A DNA stretch of 64,000 bases from contig OZ240219.1 in assembly GCA_965197645.1 (NCBI GenBank), positions 960,001-1,024,000 of the forward strand. The letters run 5' to 3'. Position 1 is the first letter of the stretch, and every line of letters begins with the position of its first letter. The notes under the pieces were generated by a model. It searched no databases and was not told the origin of the DNA. It worked only from the letters and a program-made list of their open reading frames with translations. A program made the position numbers and the translations under genes. This DNA comes from Dehalococcoidia bacterium. GTDB taxonomy: Bacteria; Chloroflexota; Dehalococcoidia; Plut-88900. This document shows, one piece after another, positions 9,480 to 20,073 of this stretch.

Positions 9480-10586
9480 TCAGTTGGCCGGTAGACCCAT
9501 CCGTTGGACATCGTAGCCGCCAAGGGCCTCGACCTGGCGACGGGGTGCGGGCAGGCGGAGGAGGTCGATGAAGGACTGTACTGGGGAGAGGTGGAGGAAG
9601 TGGTCCGGGATGACGAGGTCGTATCGCTCCTCGCCCAGGGGTACGAAGTCCAGGCCCTGGGTCTCGGCCGCGGCCCTGACACCGATACCGGCGTCGGCCA
9701 GGCCCGAGGCTACCACACTAGCCACCGCCAGGTGCCCTTGGGCTATCCGATCGTAGCCGTTGATACTCCCAGCCTGAATGCCTGCTTTGGACGCCAACCG
9801 GTCCAGCAAGGCCCTGCTTCCCGATCCCGGTTCCCGGTTGACGAAGGTCAAATCGGGGCGGGCCAGGTGATCGATGCCGGAGATTCCCCTGGGATTGCCA
9901 TGGGCCACCATGAGGCCTTGCTGTCGCACCGCAAAGGTGATGACGGTGCAGCGGAAGGGGACGAGGCGGTCTACCCAGGGCAGGTTGTACTGGCCGGTGG
10001 CCTCGTCGAAGAGGTGGCAGCCGGCGATGTGGGACGAGCCTTCAACCAGGTGGCGGAGGGCGGCATCGCTGCCCAGGCCCAGCCAGACCAGGTCTATCCC
10101 CCTCTTGGACAGGTCTCGACCGAAGAAGGCTATCGATGGCTCGCCCCCCGCTACTACAAGCTGCTTGCCCCCCTCGATGGGTTGCAGAGGCTCGACCGAT
10201 AGGCGATTGCCCTCACCCCAGCTCTGCGCTATCCCGTCTGCGGCGGCGATGAGGTGCACGGTGGACTGACTACCGACCAAGGGTCTTGCCAGCAGACGTT
10301 CGCCGACGGTGAAGAGCTGCACCCGTGCGGGAAAGGGCAGGTCCGTACTGCCGCCCACCAGGTCTGCGGTCTGTCTGCCGGTGGCGCCCGATAAGGAAAA
10401 AAGAGCCTCGACGGTGGTTTCCAGGGCCAAGGCCAGCTTCAGAGCTACCTCCGTCGACGGCACTGACCTGCCCGATTCTATGGCAGCGTAGGCCTGCCGC
10501 GAGATGCCCGCGGCGCTTGCCAAGGCCTCCTGCGAGAGGCCAGCGGCACGCCTGGAGCGGCCAAGGCTGTTGTCAAGGCTAGGCAT
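9480..10586 (-). CDS. XRE-family HTH + PBP-like (molybdate/tungstate-sensing) transcriptional regulator
   Basis: N-terminal HTH (LSQEALASAAGISRQAYAAIESG). C-terminal GS..AL, AGCHL, FVNREPGSGSR, ADAGIG, LDFVPL.EERYDL. Divergent from tupABC. Confidence 0.85.
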   Translation of the reverse strand: MPSLDNSLGRSRRAAGLSQEALASAAGISRQAYAAIESGRSVPSTEVALKLALALETTVEALFSLSGATGRQTADLVGGSTDLPFPARVQLFTVGERLLARPLVGSQSTVHLIAAADGIAQSWGEGNRLSVEPLQPIEGGKQLVVAGGEPSIAFFGRDLSKRGIDLVWLGLGSDAALRHLVEGSSHIAGCHLFDEATGQYNLPWVDRLVPFRCTVITFAVRQQGLMVAHGNPRGISGIDHLARPDLTFVNREPGSGSRALLDRLASKAGIQAGSINGYDRIAQGHLAVASVVASGLADAGIGVRAAAETQGLDFVPLGEERYDLVIPDHFLHLSPVQSFIDLLRLPAPRRQVEALGGYDVQRMGLPAN

Positions 10587-10657
10587 CTTGATCGCTTGAA
10601 GAAAGGACTCGATTTACCTTGAGTGATGGTTTTCCAATATACACTCTACTTTGCATA

Positions 10658-10690
10658 TTGACAAGTATACCTGTCCATTACTAGTATAGT
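10658..10690 (+). promoter_or_regulatory. tupABC promoter overlapped by a palindromic operator
   Basis: TTGACA at 10658. Near-perfect palindrome GACAAGTATACCTGTC at 10660-10675. -10-like TAGTAT at 10682. Confidence 0.6.
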
Positions 10691-10721
10691 CAGGCCGTTT
10701 CACGATGGAGGCGAAGATCGG

Positions 10722-11555
10722 GTGTACCGGAAGCTGGGAAGCCTGTCCGCCGTGTGGGCGCTGGTCGCTGCCCTGGCGTTCGGCGGGTGCGCCCTGTGGC
10801 CCGAACGATCGCTGGTGCTGGCGACCACCACCAGCACCTACGACTCGGGCCTACTCGATGCCGTCCTGCCCGCATTCGAGGAGGAGCATAACGTAAAGGT
10901 CGGTGTAGTCGCCGTTGGGACCGGCCAGGCGCTGGCGTTGGCGGCCCGAGGGGACGCAGACGTGGTCCTGGTTCATGCCCCTGACCGGGAGATCGAATTT
11001 GTAAGTGAGGGATTCGGGGTCGACAGGCGCTACGTCATGTACAACGACTTCGTGATCCTCGGACCGGAGGAGGACCCGGCCGGCATCCGGGGCTTGGACA
11101 ACGCCGTGGAAGCGTTCCGACGGATCTCGGCCACGGAGTCCACTTTCGTGTCCAGAGGGGACGAATCGGGGACGCACATCAAGGAGGTGTCGCTATGGGT
11201 TTCGGCGGGGGTCAGCGACCTCGATAGCCGGGAGTGGCACCTGTCGGTAGGGCAGGGCATGGGAGGTACGCTGACCACGGCAAACGAAAAGGGGGCCTAC
11301 ACCCTCTCGGACCGGGGTACTTTTCTGGCCAGGGAGAATCTGGACCTGGTGATACTGGCCCAGGGAGACGAGGTGCTGTTCAACCCATACCACGTGATGA
11401 TGGTCAACCCGGAGAAGTTCCTCAACGTGCAGTCGGAGCTGGCGACCTTGTTCATCGAGTTCTTGTTAATGCCGGAAACCCAGATGGAGATTGGGGAGTT
11501 CGGTATGGAGGAGTACGGCCAGGGACTGTTTACGCCGGTGAACCTGGAGGAGTGA
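10722..11555 (+). CDS. tupA: tungstate ABC transporter substrate-binding protein
   Basis: LATTTSTYDSGLL (TTTS tungstate-selectivity motif), AVGTGQAL, FVSRGDESGTH. Confidence 0.93.
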   Translation: MYRKLGSLSAVWALVAALAFGGCALWPERSLVLATTTSTYDSGLLDAVLPAFEEEHNVKVGVVAVGTGQALALAARGDADVVLVHAPDREIEFVSEGFGVDRRYVMYNDFVILGPEEDPAGIRGLDNAVEAFRRISATESTFVSRGDESGTHIKEVSLWVSAGVSDLDSREWHLSVGQGMGGTLTTANEKGAYTLSDRGTFLARENLDLVILAQGDEVLFNPYHVMMVNPEKFLNVQSELATLFIEFLLMPETQMEIGEFGMEEYGQGLFTPVNLEE

Positions 11556-11594
11556 TGAAGAAGGTCACGGTGAATAACCCAAGCGGGAAACGCC

Positions 11595-12293
11595 ATGGAT
11601 GAGATAGCGTCCGGGATAGTCCAGGCGTTCAAGCTGATCGGGAATCTGGACCCGGAAGTCAGAAGCATAGCGCTGTTCTCGCTCGAGGTGTCGGGTGTGG
11701 CGTTGGTTCTGGCCGCCTTGGCCGGCATCCCCTACGGAGTTTGGCTGGCCTTCGCCAGGTTTCCCGGCCGCAGGATACTCATCGGGCTCACCTATGCCGG
11801 CATGGCCTTCCCGACGGTGGTAGTCGGCCTGGTGGTCTTCCTCTCCCTCTCCCACAACGGCCCATTGGGGGTCCTGAACTGGCTTTTCACCCCCATGGCG
11901 ATCATCGTGGCCCAGTTCATCATAGCCTTTCCCGTTATCTCCAGCCTGACGGTAACCGCCATACTGGGTATCGATCCCGGGATGCGGCAGCAGCTGCGCA
12001 GCCTGGGCGCTACGAGGTGGCAGACATCCATCGCCCTACTCATGGAGGCCCGCCTGGCGATGATAGTTGCGCTGGCCGCGGCCTTCGGCAGGGTCATTAC
12101 CGAGGTCGGAGCGGTGATAATAGTGGGAGGCAACATCGCCGGGAACACCAGGGTACTCACAACGGCCATAGTGCTGGAGACCCGAAAAGGCGCCTTCGAT
12201 GCCGCCATTGCCCTGGGAATCATCCTGCTGCTGATATCGTTCACCATCAACGTCCTGGCCACCCGCCTCCAGGGAAGGGCGCTGAGCAGATGA
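11595..12293 (+). CDS. tupB: tungstate ABC transporter permease
   Basis: P.VVVGL, FGR.I.EVGA..IVGGNI, TRVLTTAIVLET. Confidence 0.92.
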   Translation: MDEIASGIVQAFKLIGNLDPEVRSIALFSLEVSGVALVLAALAGIPYGVWLAFARFPGRRILIGLTYAGMAFPTVVVGLVVFLSLSHNGPLGVLNWLFTPMAIIVAQFIIAFPVISSLTVTAILGIDPGMRQQLRSLGATRWQTSIALLMEARLAMIVALAAAFGRVITEVGAVIIVGGNIAGNTRVLTTAIVLETRKGAFDAAIALGIILLLISFTINVLATRLQGRALSR

Positions 12294-13021
12294 CCGAGCC
12301 TCTGTTCACCCTGTCCAACCTGGTCAAGCGGTACGGCGAGCGGGAGGCGTGCCACGTAGATAGCCTGGAGATCCGCCGGGGGGAGGTCCTGGGTATCATC
12401 GGCCCCAGCGGCTCGGGAAAGAGCACGCTGCTGAGGATGCTGAACCTGTTGGAAGTCCCCACCTCCGGGAGCCTGGTTTTCGATGGGCGCCGCCTGACCG
12501 ATCCTTCTTCAGCCCCCCTTTCGACTCGAAGAAGGATGACCATGGTGTTTCAAAACCCGGTCCTCTTCAACACATCGGTGCTCGACAACGTGGCCTTCGG
12601 CCTGAAGCTGAGGGGTAAGAAGAACGCCAGAGAGGAGGCGGAATCGCTGCTGGACCGTCTCGGGCTGATGGGCCTCGCCAGAGAGCACGCCTCCACGCTG
12701 TCGTACGGCGAGGCCCAGAGGGTGGCCCTCGCCCGGGCGATGGTACTCCAGACGGAGGTGCTGTTCCTGGACGAGCCCACCGCCAACCTGGACCCCTACA
12801 ACGTCGGCCTGATAGAGGACATGCTGGAATCGGTGAACAGAGAGCTGAACACGACCGTGGTGCTGGTCACCCACAACGTGTTCCAGGCGAGGCGGGTGGC
12901 CCATCGAGTAGCGCTGTTGCTGGATGGCAGGGTTGTGGAGGCGGGACTCACGGAGGAGATATTCACCCGGTCCCGAGACCCCAGAACGGAGGCCTTCATC
13001 CGGGGAGAGATGGTGTACTAG
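12290..13021 (+). CDS. tupC: tungstate ABC transporter ATP-binding protein
   Basis: True start MTEPLF overlaps the tupB stop (ATGA). GPSGSGKS, LSYGEAQR, LDEPT. Confidence 0.9.
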   Translation: MTEPLFTLSNLVKRYGEREACHVDSLEIRRGEVLGIIGPSGSGKSTLLRMLNLLEVPTSGSLVFDGRRLTDPSSAPLSTRRRMTMVFQNPVLFNTSVLDNVAFGLKLRGKKNAREEAESLLDRLGLMGLAREHASTLSYGEAQRVALARAMVLQTEVLFLDEPTANLDPYNVGLIEDMLESVNRELNTTVVLVTHNVFQARRVAHRVALLLDGRVVEAGLTEEIFTRSRDPRTEAFIRGEMVY

Positions 13022-13550
13022 GGTCCCCCTGTCTCGGTGTCAGGTCCTCGTTGGAGACGGTGATGGCGTCGCCCAGGTGGGGTGCAAAGAGGGTCCGGTA
13101 ACGGCTCACCTGATGGTCCGGGTCATCCCTATCGTCCAGCTGCACCTCCACCTCGAATATCCTGCCCACGTCCTGGACCTCATCCAGGTTGAATAGGGTG
13201 TTGCCCTTCCGCCACTGTTCTCTACGCTTTCTGACGATGGTCCTTACTCCCAGGGCGATGTCCAGGACCTGCTTGACGCTTCGATCTCGCACCGGAAAGA
13301 GCTGAAATCTGGAGGTCCTGAGGCCGGACTGGTGCTTATCGTAGTAGTAGACCAGGTAGGTGCTCCGGCGCTCCACCCGCAGTTTCAAACGGCGGGTGCC
13401 GAGGGAGTCGTTCGCCCTGGGTAGATTGTAGAAATAATCGACCTGCTTGCGGCGGCCGAGGCTCTCGGCCCCGATGTCCCTGAGTATCTTGCGGATGGGT
13501 CGGAAATTGGGGCAGAAGTGTTTGATCTCCCTGTTAAGCCTGAAGTCCAT
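12996..13550 (-). CDS. CYTH domain protein (class IV adenylate cyclase-like)
   Basis: REIK, Q.DYFY, RLKLR, KRRE, LDEVQDVG..FEVE. Confidence 0.8.
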   Translation of the reverse strand: MDFRLNREIKHFCPNFRPIRKILRDIGAESLGRRKQVDYFYNLPRANDSLGTRRLKLRVERRSTYLVYYYDKHQSGLRTSRFQLFPVRDRSVKQVLDIALGVRTIVRKRREQWRKGNTLFNLDEVQDVGRIFEVEVQLDDRDDPDHQVSRYRTLFAPHLGDAITVSNEDLTPRQGDPSTPSLPG

Positions 13551-13571
13551 ACGCTCAGTGGGGGTTGGAGG

Positions 13572-14981
13572 CTAGCGGGGGGACCAGAAAGCGAGACGGC
13601 CGGAGGCGATGGCAGTGGGAGGAGCGCTTCCGTCGACGGGCAGCACCCATACCTGGTCCTCGTTGGAGCCGTTGGTACGGACGGACCTGCCGACGTATAC
13701 CAGGTGCTCACTATCGGGTGACCAGATGCGGTTGGACTGGGAGTACTGGTCGAAGAACGCGAAGAGGCTGAGAAGCATCTCGCTGCCGGGTATGAAATTG
13801 GTGAGCTTGGTCGATGACTTGCCATCCCTGTCCACCACGTGCCAGGCCAGGGACAGATCCAACCGGTCCACGGCGACGTAGGCTATCTTCTCCCCGTCCG
13901 GCGACCAGAAGAAGGACACCACCTCCTCCTCGCTGACCCTGCGGGACTCGCCCGTATCGGCATCGAAGATATTCAGGCCGTTGTAGGTGAAAACGCCCAG
14001 GTCGGTGTTGGGTGTGATGGAGGTATAGGCCAGCTCGTTGGCTGTGGGAGACCAGGCAAAGGCCGAGAGGCCCCTCAGGGTTGTAACGGTGACCTCGTTG
14101 CTGCCTCGGAAGTTGGAGATCTGGAGGGTCTCTACGTTGTTCACCTGGTCAGTGAAAGCAATGGTCTGGCTGTCATAGGACCAGGAGGGCGCCCGAAATG
14201 CCAGGGAGTGCACCGGCAGAGGGGACGAGGGTACCTCAAAGCTGCCGTCCACCAGGCCGAGACCTCGTCCCAGGTGGTGCAGTATGTACTTGCTATCGGG
14301 GGACCAGGAGAGATAAGAAGGGGCGCCCACGGCTATGGCGTGGGGCGGTTGGGCGCCTTCCGCATCGATCACCAGCAAGACCAGGGTCTCCAACGTCGGG
14401 GCCAGGAAGGCGATGTTCCGGCTGTCCGGAGACCAGAGGATATAGTGAGGGCTTCGATTGGCGACAAACCGGCCGGCCGCATCCGGCTGGTTCTCAAACA
14501 CCGTCTTGGGTAGGCCCCCCTCTACATCGACGAGGTAGAGGGATCCGATAGGCTCCTCTATGACCTCGAACCCACTGTAGGCGATTTGGGTGCTATCCGG
14601 CGACCAGGTAGGCCAGTTGTAGATCATCTCTCGGTCGGAAGGACCGGTCTCGTCCGCAATGGGGAAGGTCAGCTTCTGCTCATCGGTGCCGTCGGGGCGA
14701 ATAGTGTAGATGTTGGAATCGATTCCTACGTAGGCGATGAGGTCCACCACGTTGCTTACCTCCGGGGCGGCTGTTTCAAGAGTGGGCGCGGGCGCTTCCT
14801 GGGTGGGTTCCGGCGACGGGACAGGGGTGTCTTCGACGGAGTCCCGCCTGCAACCGACGGCCAGCAGAGCTACTATCAGGACTATCGCCGTCCACCGGAC
14901 TATGCTCCGGGTGGAAATGGCTCCGGCCACGTTACCGGTCTTTCTAGCGGCAGACGAGCTAATCGCCGGCCAAATGGACAA
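13572..14981 (-). CDS. TolB-like/PD40 beta-propeller lipoprotein (start uncertain)
   Basis: Lipobox LLAVGC, Pro/Thr linker, repeated WSPD motifs. Confidence 0.8.
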   Translation of the reverse strand: MSIWPAISSSAARKTGNVAGAISTRSIVRWTAIVLIVALLAVGCRRDSVEDTPVPSPEPTQEAPAPTLETAAPEVSNVVDLIAYVGIDSNIYTIRPDGTDEQKLTFPIADETGPSDREMIYNWPTWSPDSTQIAYSGFEVIEEPIGSLYLVDVEGGLPKTVFENQPDAAGRFVANRSPHYILWSPDSRNIAFLAPTLETLVLLVIDAEGAQPPHAIAVGAPSYLSWSPDSKYILHHLGRGLGLVDGSFEVPSSPLPVHSLAFRAPSWSYDSQTIAFTDQVNNVETLQISNFRGSNEVTVTTLRGLSAFAWSPTANELAYTSITPNTDLGVFTYNGLNIFDADTGESRRVSEEEVVSFFWSPDGEKIAYVAVDRLDLSLAWHVVDRDGKSSTKLTNFIPGSEMLLSLFAFFDQYSQSNRIWSPDSEHLVYVGRSVRTNGSNEDQVWVLPVDGSAPPTAIASGRLAFWSPR

Positions 14982-15065
14982 CTACGTCTCTACGGCCTTC
15001 GGGTTTCAGGTTGGGTCTCGCAGTGTCGACCATTTCGATCTGTATAGGAGGGATGTCTCCCAGTC

Positions 15066-15887
15066 CTACAGCGCCTCCCAATCGACCTCGTCCAGCCCGA
15101 ACCTGGGGCCTTCCGTGCATATCTTCTTCATCCCACTCAATGTTGGTATGGAGCACCCGAAGCATATCCCGAATCCACAGGCCATGCGCACCTCGAGAAG
15201 AATCTGCGTCCGGTCTTCGATCTTCGCATCTCTGCAGACGGGCAGGGCCGACTTATACATGGGCACCGGTCCGCACAGGAACAGCTGGTCGGCGTTCTCC
15301 AGGTAGGGCGAAAGGTGCGCGGTGACCAGGCCCTGCTTGCCAACGGAACCGTCTTCGGTTACCGGGACGTACTCCAGCTCGGGCTGGATCAACTCTTCAG
15401 GGTAGAGGGCTGCCTCGTTTCTGCCTGCAGACAGAAGAGTTACGTGGATTTCGGAGGCTAGAGCCTCGTCGGCCAGGGCTATGAGAGGGGCTATACCGGT
15501 GCCGCCCCCGGCCAGCACTATCCGCTTCGTTCCGGGGTGTATCTCGAACCCCTTGCCCAGCGGGCCCAGGACCCGGATGTCCTCGCCCACCTCACGCTCG
15601 CCGAGCCAGCTTCTGGCCAGCCCGTCGGCGTTGAACAACAGAGAGATCGAAGTCGGCGTGACCCACTCCGGGTGTTCCCCGTCCTTCTGCCTTTCGAGGA
15701 CCTTGGGACCGTACTGGCAAACGGTGAAGGCCCGGGGCAGCAGAGGATCCGAGCCGTTACCGCAGGCGATCATGACGAACTCGCCGGCCCAAGCGCTCGC
15801 GGCGATGTGAGGCGCATCGACCCAGAAGCAACAGGTGTTGGGGCCTACCATCTGCTTGGACAGGATTTTGGACTTGCGGTCTTCCAT
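15066..15887 (-). CDS. pyrK: dihydroorotate dehydrogenase electron transfer subunit
   Basis: GPLGKGF, GGGTGIAPL, CGP.PM, MACGFGICFGC...C.EGP 2Fe-2S motif. Confidence 0.88.
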   Translation of the reverse strand: MEDRKSKILSKQMVGPNTCCFWVDAPHIAASAWAGEFVMIACGNGSDPLLPRAFTVCQYGPKVLERQKDGEHPEWVTPTSISLLFNADGLARSWLGEREVGEDIRVLGPLGKGFEIHPGTKRIVLAGGGTGIAPLIALADEALASEIHVTLLSAGRNEAALYPEELIQPELEYVPVTEDGSVGKQGLVTAHLSPYLENADQLFLCGPVPMYKSALPVCRDAKIEDRTQILLEVRMACGFGICFGCSIPTLSGMKKICTEGPRFGLDEVDWEAL

Positions 15888-16104
15888 GAGTGCTCGGCAC
15901 TGAGTTACATCGCGAGACTGACTGATTATATCGCGAGAACGCAGGACGCGCTCGGAACCGGGAAACTGGCGGTGCTTGGGTAGGCCTGCTCAGATGCTCG
16001 CCACCAAGGGGACCGGTCACCGTAGACCGGATTCCCGGATGAGCTATAGGACCCCGGAGCCTGTCCCCGCTCCCGTCATCGAGCGGGTGAATAGACGGAT
16101 CGGA

Positions 16105-19100
16105 TTACCTGGACAGGTACTCCTTCATGGTCATGACGTTGTAGTTCTGTGGACCGTGGGTAAGGGACTCCACGGCTGCCCGAGCCGTATCAAGGGATGT
16201 GAAGCAGGGGATGCGTCGCTCGGCGGCGGCCCTGCGGATCTCGAACCCGTCTCGCAGGGGAGTCCTGTGGCCGGTCATGGTGTTTATCACGGCGTTCACC
16301 ACGCCCTGCTCTATCACCTCTACAACGTCGGGATGGCCCTTGCCTACCTTGGCGACGGTAGTTACTGGCACGTCCAGCGCCCGCAGCATGTCGGCGGTGC
16401 CCTCGGTGGCGTAGAGCTTGTAAGGGAGAGAGGCCAGGTTGCGGATGATCCTCACACCTTCCGCCTTGTCCCTATCGGCGATGCTTACGAGGATGGCGCC
16501 CTCGGACGGAAGCGTCATCCCGCCGGCGAGGAGGGCCTTGGCGAGGGCGGAGTTGAAATCGTGATCGATGCCCATGACCTCGCCGGTGGACTTCATCTCC
16601 GGGCCCAGGTAGGTATCGACGCCCGCCAGCTTGGACATCGAGAACACGGGGGCTTTGATACCCACTATGTTTCTACTGGGCCACAGCCCCGATTTGTATC
16701 CCAGCGCCTCCAGGCTGGCGCCCATCATTACCCGGGTGGCCAGCTGGACCATGGGAACCCCGGTAATCTTGGAGAGGAAAGGAACGGTGCGGCTGGCTCT
16801 GGGGTTCACCTCCAGGACGTAGACCTGCGAATCTCTGTCCACCGAAGGCTCCGTCTCCATCTCAGGCACGGTGTCCAATACGACGTACTGGATGTTCATC
16901 AGGCCCCGTACGTCGAGGGCAAGGCCCATCTGTATGGTGTAATCGATGATGGCCTCGGTCTGTGCGTCGGTGAGGCTGATGCCTGGATATACGGCCATCG
17001 AGTCTCCGCTGTGGACCCCGGCCCGTTCGATGTGCTCCATGATGCCGGGAACAAACACCCGTTCGCCGTCGCAAATGGCGTCCACCTCCACCTCTTTACC
17101 TTCCAGGTACTTGTCTATGAGGATGGGCCGTCCCCGGCCCACCTCCGCGGCGCCGGAGATGTAGCGGATCAGCTCCGTAGCGTTGTGCACTATCTCCATG
17201 GCCCGGCCGCCGAGGACGTAGCTGGGCCGCACCAAGACGGGATAGCCGATGGTCTGGGCCACGTTCAGCCCCTCCTCCACCGTGGTCACGGTGCCGCCGG
17301 GTGGCTGGGGAATGCCGAGACGGTTGAGAAAGTCCTCGAAGCGGTGGCGGTCCTCGGCGATGTCGATGGCCTCAGCGGTGGAGCCGAGAATCGGCGTCCC
17401 GCCGCGATGCAGTGGCCCGGCCAGATTGATGGCCGTTTGGCCGCCGAACTGGACCACGGCGGCCGCGGGAGTGGCCCCGTTCTCATTCTCGTTGTCCAGG
17501 ATATCTCTGATGCTCTCTTCATCCAGCGGCTCGAAGTAGAGGCGATCGCTCATATCAAAGTCGGTGGAGACGGTCTCGGGATTGGAGTTGACCATGACGC
17601 TGCTCGCGCCCTCTCTCTGGAGGGCCCAGGCTGCATGAACGCTGCAGTAGTCAAACTCGATGCCCTGGCCAATGCGGATCGGCCCGCTTCCGATGACCAG
17701 GGCCCGGTTGCCGGGTACCGGTTCGGCTTCGTTTTCCTGCTCGTAGGAGCTGTAGAAATAGGGTGTCTCGGCGGCGAACTCGGCAGCGCAGGTGTCTACC
17801 ATTTTGTAGACGGGCCTGATGTTCCAGCTGTGTCTGAGATCGCGGACCTGTTCCGGCAACCTATCGGCCAGGGTGCCGATGTCCTCGTCGGAGAAGCCCA
17901 TCCGCTTGGCCTGCCGAAGGAGCTCGGGGGTCAACGGGTCAGCCAGCAGTCTTCTCTCCATCTGGACCAGGTTCAAGAGCTTGGAGGTGAACCATGGGTC
18001 GACGCCTGTACGACAGGACAGCTGCTCAGGAGAGTCGCCTCGTCGAAGCATGGCCATGAGGGCCCATATACGCAGGTCGTTGGGCTCTAGGGGGAGACCG
18101 TCAGCGTCCGGGCCGTCCCGAGAGGGCCAGCTCTTGTCCTCCCACAGCAGCGGTCTGACGCCCACCTCCAGGGAGCGGACCGCCTTCTGCAGAGCGGCCT
18201 CGAAGGAGCGGTCTATCGCCATCACCTCGCCGGTGGCCTTCATCTGGGTGCCGATGGACCGGTCGCCGGAGGCGAACTTGTCGAAGGGCCATCGGGGGAT
18301 CTTGACGACACAGTAGTCCAGGGCCGGCTCGAAGGCGGCGGCGGTCTGTCCGGTGACGGCGTTGGGTATCTGGTCCAGGGTGCGTCCGACGGCGATTTTG
18401 GCCGCGACTCGCGCTATGGGGTAGCCGGTGGCCTTGCTGGCAAGGGCGGAGCTGCGGCTGACGCGGGGGTTTACCTCTATGACGTAGTAGTCGGATGGGG
18501 TGACGCCGTCCTGATGGAAAGCTTCGGCCACCGTCGGGCCCGGGGCCAGGGCGAACTGAACGTTGCACCCGCCCTCTATGCCCAGGGCACGGATGATCCT
18601 GAGGGAGGCAGAGCGGAGCATCTGGTAGTCTTTGTCGGAGAGGGTCTGGCTGGGCGCCACGACGATGCTATCGCCGGTATGGACTCCCATAGGGTCAAGG
18701 TTCTCCATGTTGCAGACGGTGATGCAGTTGTCTCCCGAGTCTCGCATCACCTCGTACTCGATCTCTTTCCAGCCCTCCAGGTAGCGCTCGAGAAGGACCT
18801 GGTTGATGGGGCTGGCGGCCAGACCTCCCTTGGCTATGGTCTTCAGCTGTTCAACGGTCCGGGCCACGCCGCCTCCTGTTCCTCCCAGGGTGTAGGCGGG
18901 CCGGACCACCAGGGGCAGGCCCAGGTCGTCTCCGACTTCCAGAGCCTCGTCCAGGGAGCTGACGGTGGCATTGGCGGGGACCGGCTCATCGAGGCCTTCG
19001 AGAAGCTGCCGGAACAGCTCCCGGTCCTCGGCCTTGCGTATGGTCTCGAGAGGCGTGCCCAGCATGCGGACGTTGTACTTGTCCAGGACCCCGGCATCGG

Positions 19101-19398
19101 CCAGGTCCACGGCGAGGTTGAGGCCCGTCTGGCCGCCCAGGGTGGGAAGGAAGCCGTCGGGGCGTTCCCGCTCGATGATCCTGGACACGACGTCCACGGT
19201 CAGCGGCTCGATGTAGACGACGTCGGCGATATCCTCGTCGGTCATGATAGTGGCGGGGTTGGAGTTGACCAGGACGGAAACTACTCCCTCTTCCCGAAGG
19301 GCTTTGCAGGCCTGGGTTCCGGCGTAGTCGAACTCTGCCGCCTGCCCGATGACTATGGGCCCCGAGCCTATGACGAGGACTTTTTCGAGTTCAGGCAT
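16105..19398 (-). CDS. carB: carbamoyl-phosphate synthase large subunit
   Basis: [15 protein letters not shown], duplicated ATP-grasp halves, EVNPR, C-terminal MGS domain. Confidence 0.98.
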   Translation of the reverse strand: MPELEKVLVIGSGPIVIGQAAEFDYAGTQACKALREEGVVSVLVNSNPATIMTDEDIADVVYIEPLTVDVVSRIIERERPDGFLPTLGGQTGLNLAVDLADAGVLDKYNVRMLGTPLETIRKAEDRELFRQLLEGLDEPVPANATVSSLDEALEVGDDLGLPLVVRPAYTLGGTGGGVARTVEQLKTIAKGGLAASPINQVLLERYLEGWKEIEYEVMRDSGDNCITVCNMENLDPMGVHTGDSIVVAPSQTLSDKDYQMLRSASLRIIRALGIEGGCNVQFALAPGPTVAEAFHQDGVTPSDYYVIEVNPRVSRSSALASKATGYPIARVAAKIAVGRTLDQIPNAVTGQTAAAFEPALDYCVVKIPRWPFDKFASGDRSIGTQMKATGEVMAIDRSFEAALQKAVRSLEVGVRPLLWEDKSWPSRDGPDADGLPLEPNDLRIWALMAMLRRGDSPEQLSCRTGVDPWFTSKLLNLVQMERRLLADPLTPELLRQAKRMGFSDEDIGTLADRLPEQVRDLRHSWNIRPVYKMVDTCAAEFAAETPYFYSSYEQENEAEPVPGNRALVIGSGPIRIGQGIEFDYCSVHAAWALQREGASSVMVNSNPETVSTDFDMSDRLYFEPLDEESIRDILDNENENGATPAAAVVQFGGQTAINLAGPLHRGGTPILGSTAEAIDIAEDRHRFEDFLNRLGIPQPPGGTVTTVEEGLNVAQTIGYPVLVRPSYVLGGRAMEIVHNATELIRYISGAAEVGRGRPILIDKYLEGKEVEVDAICDGERVFVPGIMEHIERAGVHSGDSMAVYPGISLTDAQTEAIIDYTIQMGLALDVRGLMNIQYVVLDTVPEMETEPSVDRDSQVYVLEVNPRASRTVPFLSKITGVPMVQLATRVMMGASLEALGYKSGLWPSRNIVGIKAPVFSMSKLAGVDTYLGPEMKSTGEVMGIDHDFNSALAKALLAGGMTLPSEGAILVSIADRDKAEGVRIIRNLASLPYKLYATEGTADMLRALDVPVTTVAKVGKGHPDVVEVIEQGVVNAVINTMTGHRTPLRDGFEIRRAAAERRIPCFTSLDTARAAVESLTHGPQNYNVMTMKEYLSR

Positions 19399-19419
19399 AT
19401 AGCTAGTTTAGCCTCCGTC

Positions 19420-19818
19420 TCAGGACTGTGCCTCTTGATCGATTTCGTACAGCCTCAGGCCCGCTATCCGCTGAAAGTGCCGGTCCAGGGTGTAGATTTC
19501 GTGGTCCCCTTCGATGGCCTGTGCGGCTATGACCAGATCAGTCAACGGGATGGGTGCTCCCAGCCGGCGGAGGTCCATACCCAGTCTGCCGGCCTCTACC
19601 CACATATCCTGGCTGGCATTCAGAAATGGCAGTGAGTCAATCGTGAGGCGAAGCTCGTCGAATTCTCTCCGGCTTCTGGATCCCTGCAATAACTCCGACA
19701 GAACTACACCCACCATGACTATTTGATTTCCGCGGAGCAGACGCCCAAGTTCATATGCAATCATGCTGCCGGGCACACGAATGGAGTTGATCCAGACGTT
19801 TGTATCAGCTATCACCAT
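19420..19818 (-). CDS. vapC: VapC/PIN-domain toxin
   Basis: ADTNVW, ELLQG, DLVIAAQA, TLDRHF. Confidence 0.92.
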   Translation of the reverse strand: MVIADTNVWINSIRVPGSMIAYELGRLLRGNQIVMVGVVLSELLQGSRSRREFDELRLTIDSLPFLNASQDMWVEAGRLGMDLRRLGAPIPLTDLVIAAQAIEGDHEIYTLDRHFQRIAGLRLYEIDQEAQS

Positions 19819-20035
19819 ATAGCTGTCTGTACTCCTCCAACTCCAACTCTTCCAGTTCGTCCAGATTGTCTATCACGTCCACCTTTCCGAACATGCCGAT
19901 AAGCTGTTCGACTCGCTGACGGCGAACATACTCTTCCAGGGCTTTATTGACCGCTTTGCCCTTGCTCTTCTCCCCTGTAAGCTCTGCCACCGCCTCGAGG
20001 AGTTTGGCATCCAGGTTTAACGTGGTGCGCATCAC
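19805..20035 (-). CDS. vapB: VapB antitoxin (ribbon-helix-helix)
   Basis: MRTTLNLD..LL.....TG.KSK..AVN.ALEEY. Overlaps vapC. Confidence 0.9.
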   Translation of the reverse strand: MMRTTLNLDAKLLEAVAELTGEKSKGKAVNKALEEYVRRQRVEQLIGMFGKVDVIDNLDELEELELEEYRQLYGDS

Positions 20036-20073
20036 TCTACCTCATCTATAATTGGCATCAATATTATACATCA

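Noticed and set aside
11741-12289. 426-aa ORF suggesting an N-terminally extended ABC ATPase
   Set aside because: The extension overlaps tupB in another frame. The real tupC starts at the ATGA overlap at 12290.
15976-19635. Long plus-strand ORFs (704 aa, 373 aa) opposite carB
   Set aside because: Antisense shadow ORFs caused by high-GC codon bias, with no motifs. The same applies to long ORFs opposite pyrB, hflK, the type IIG gene and others.
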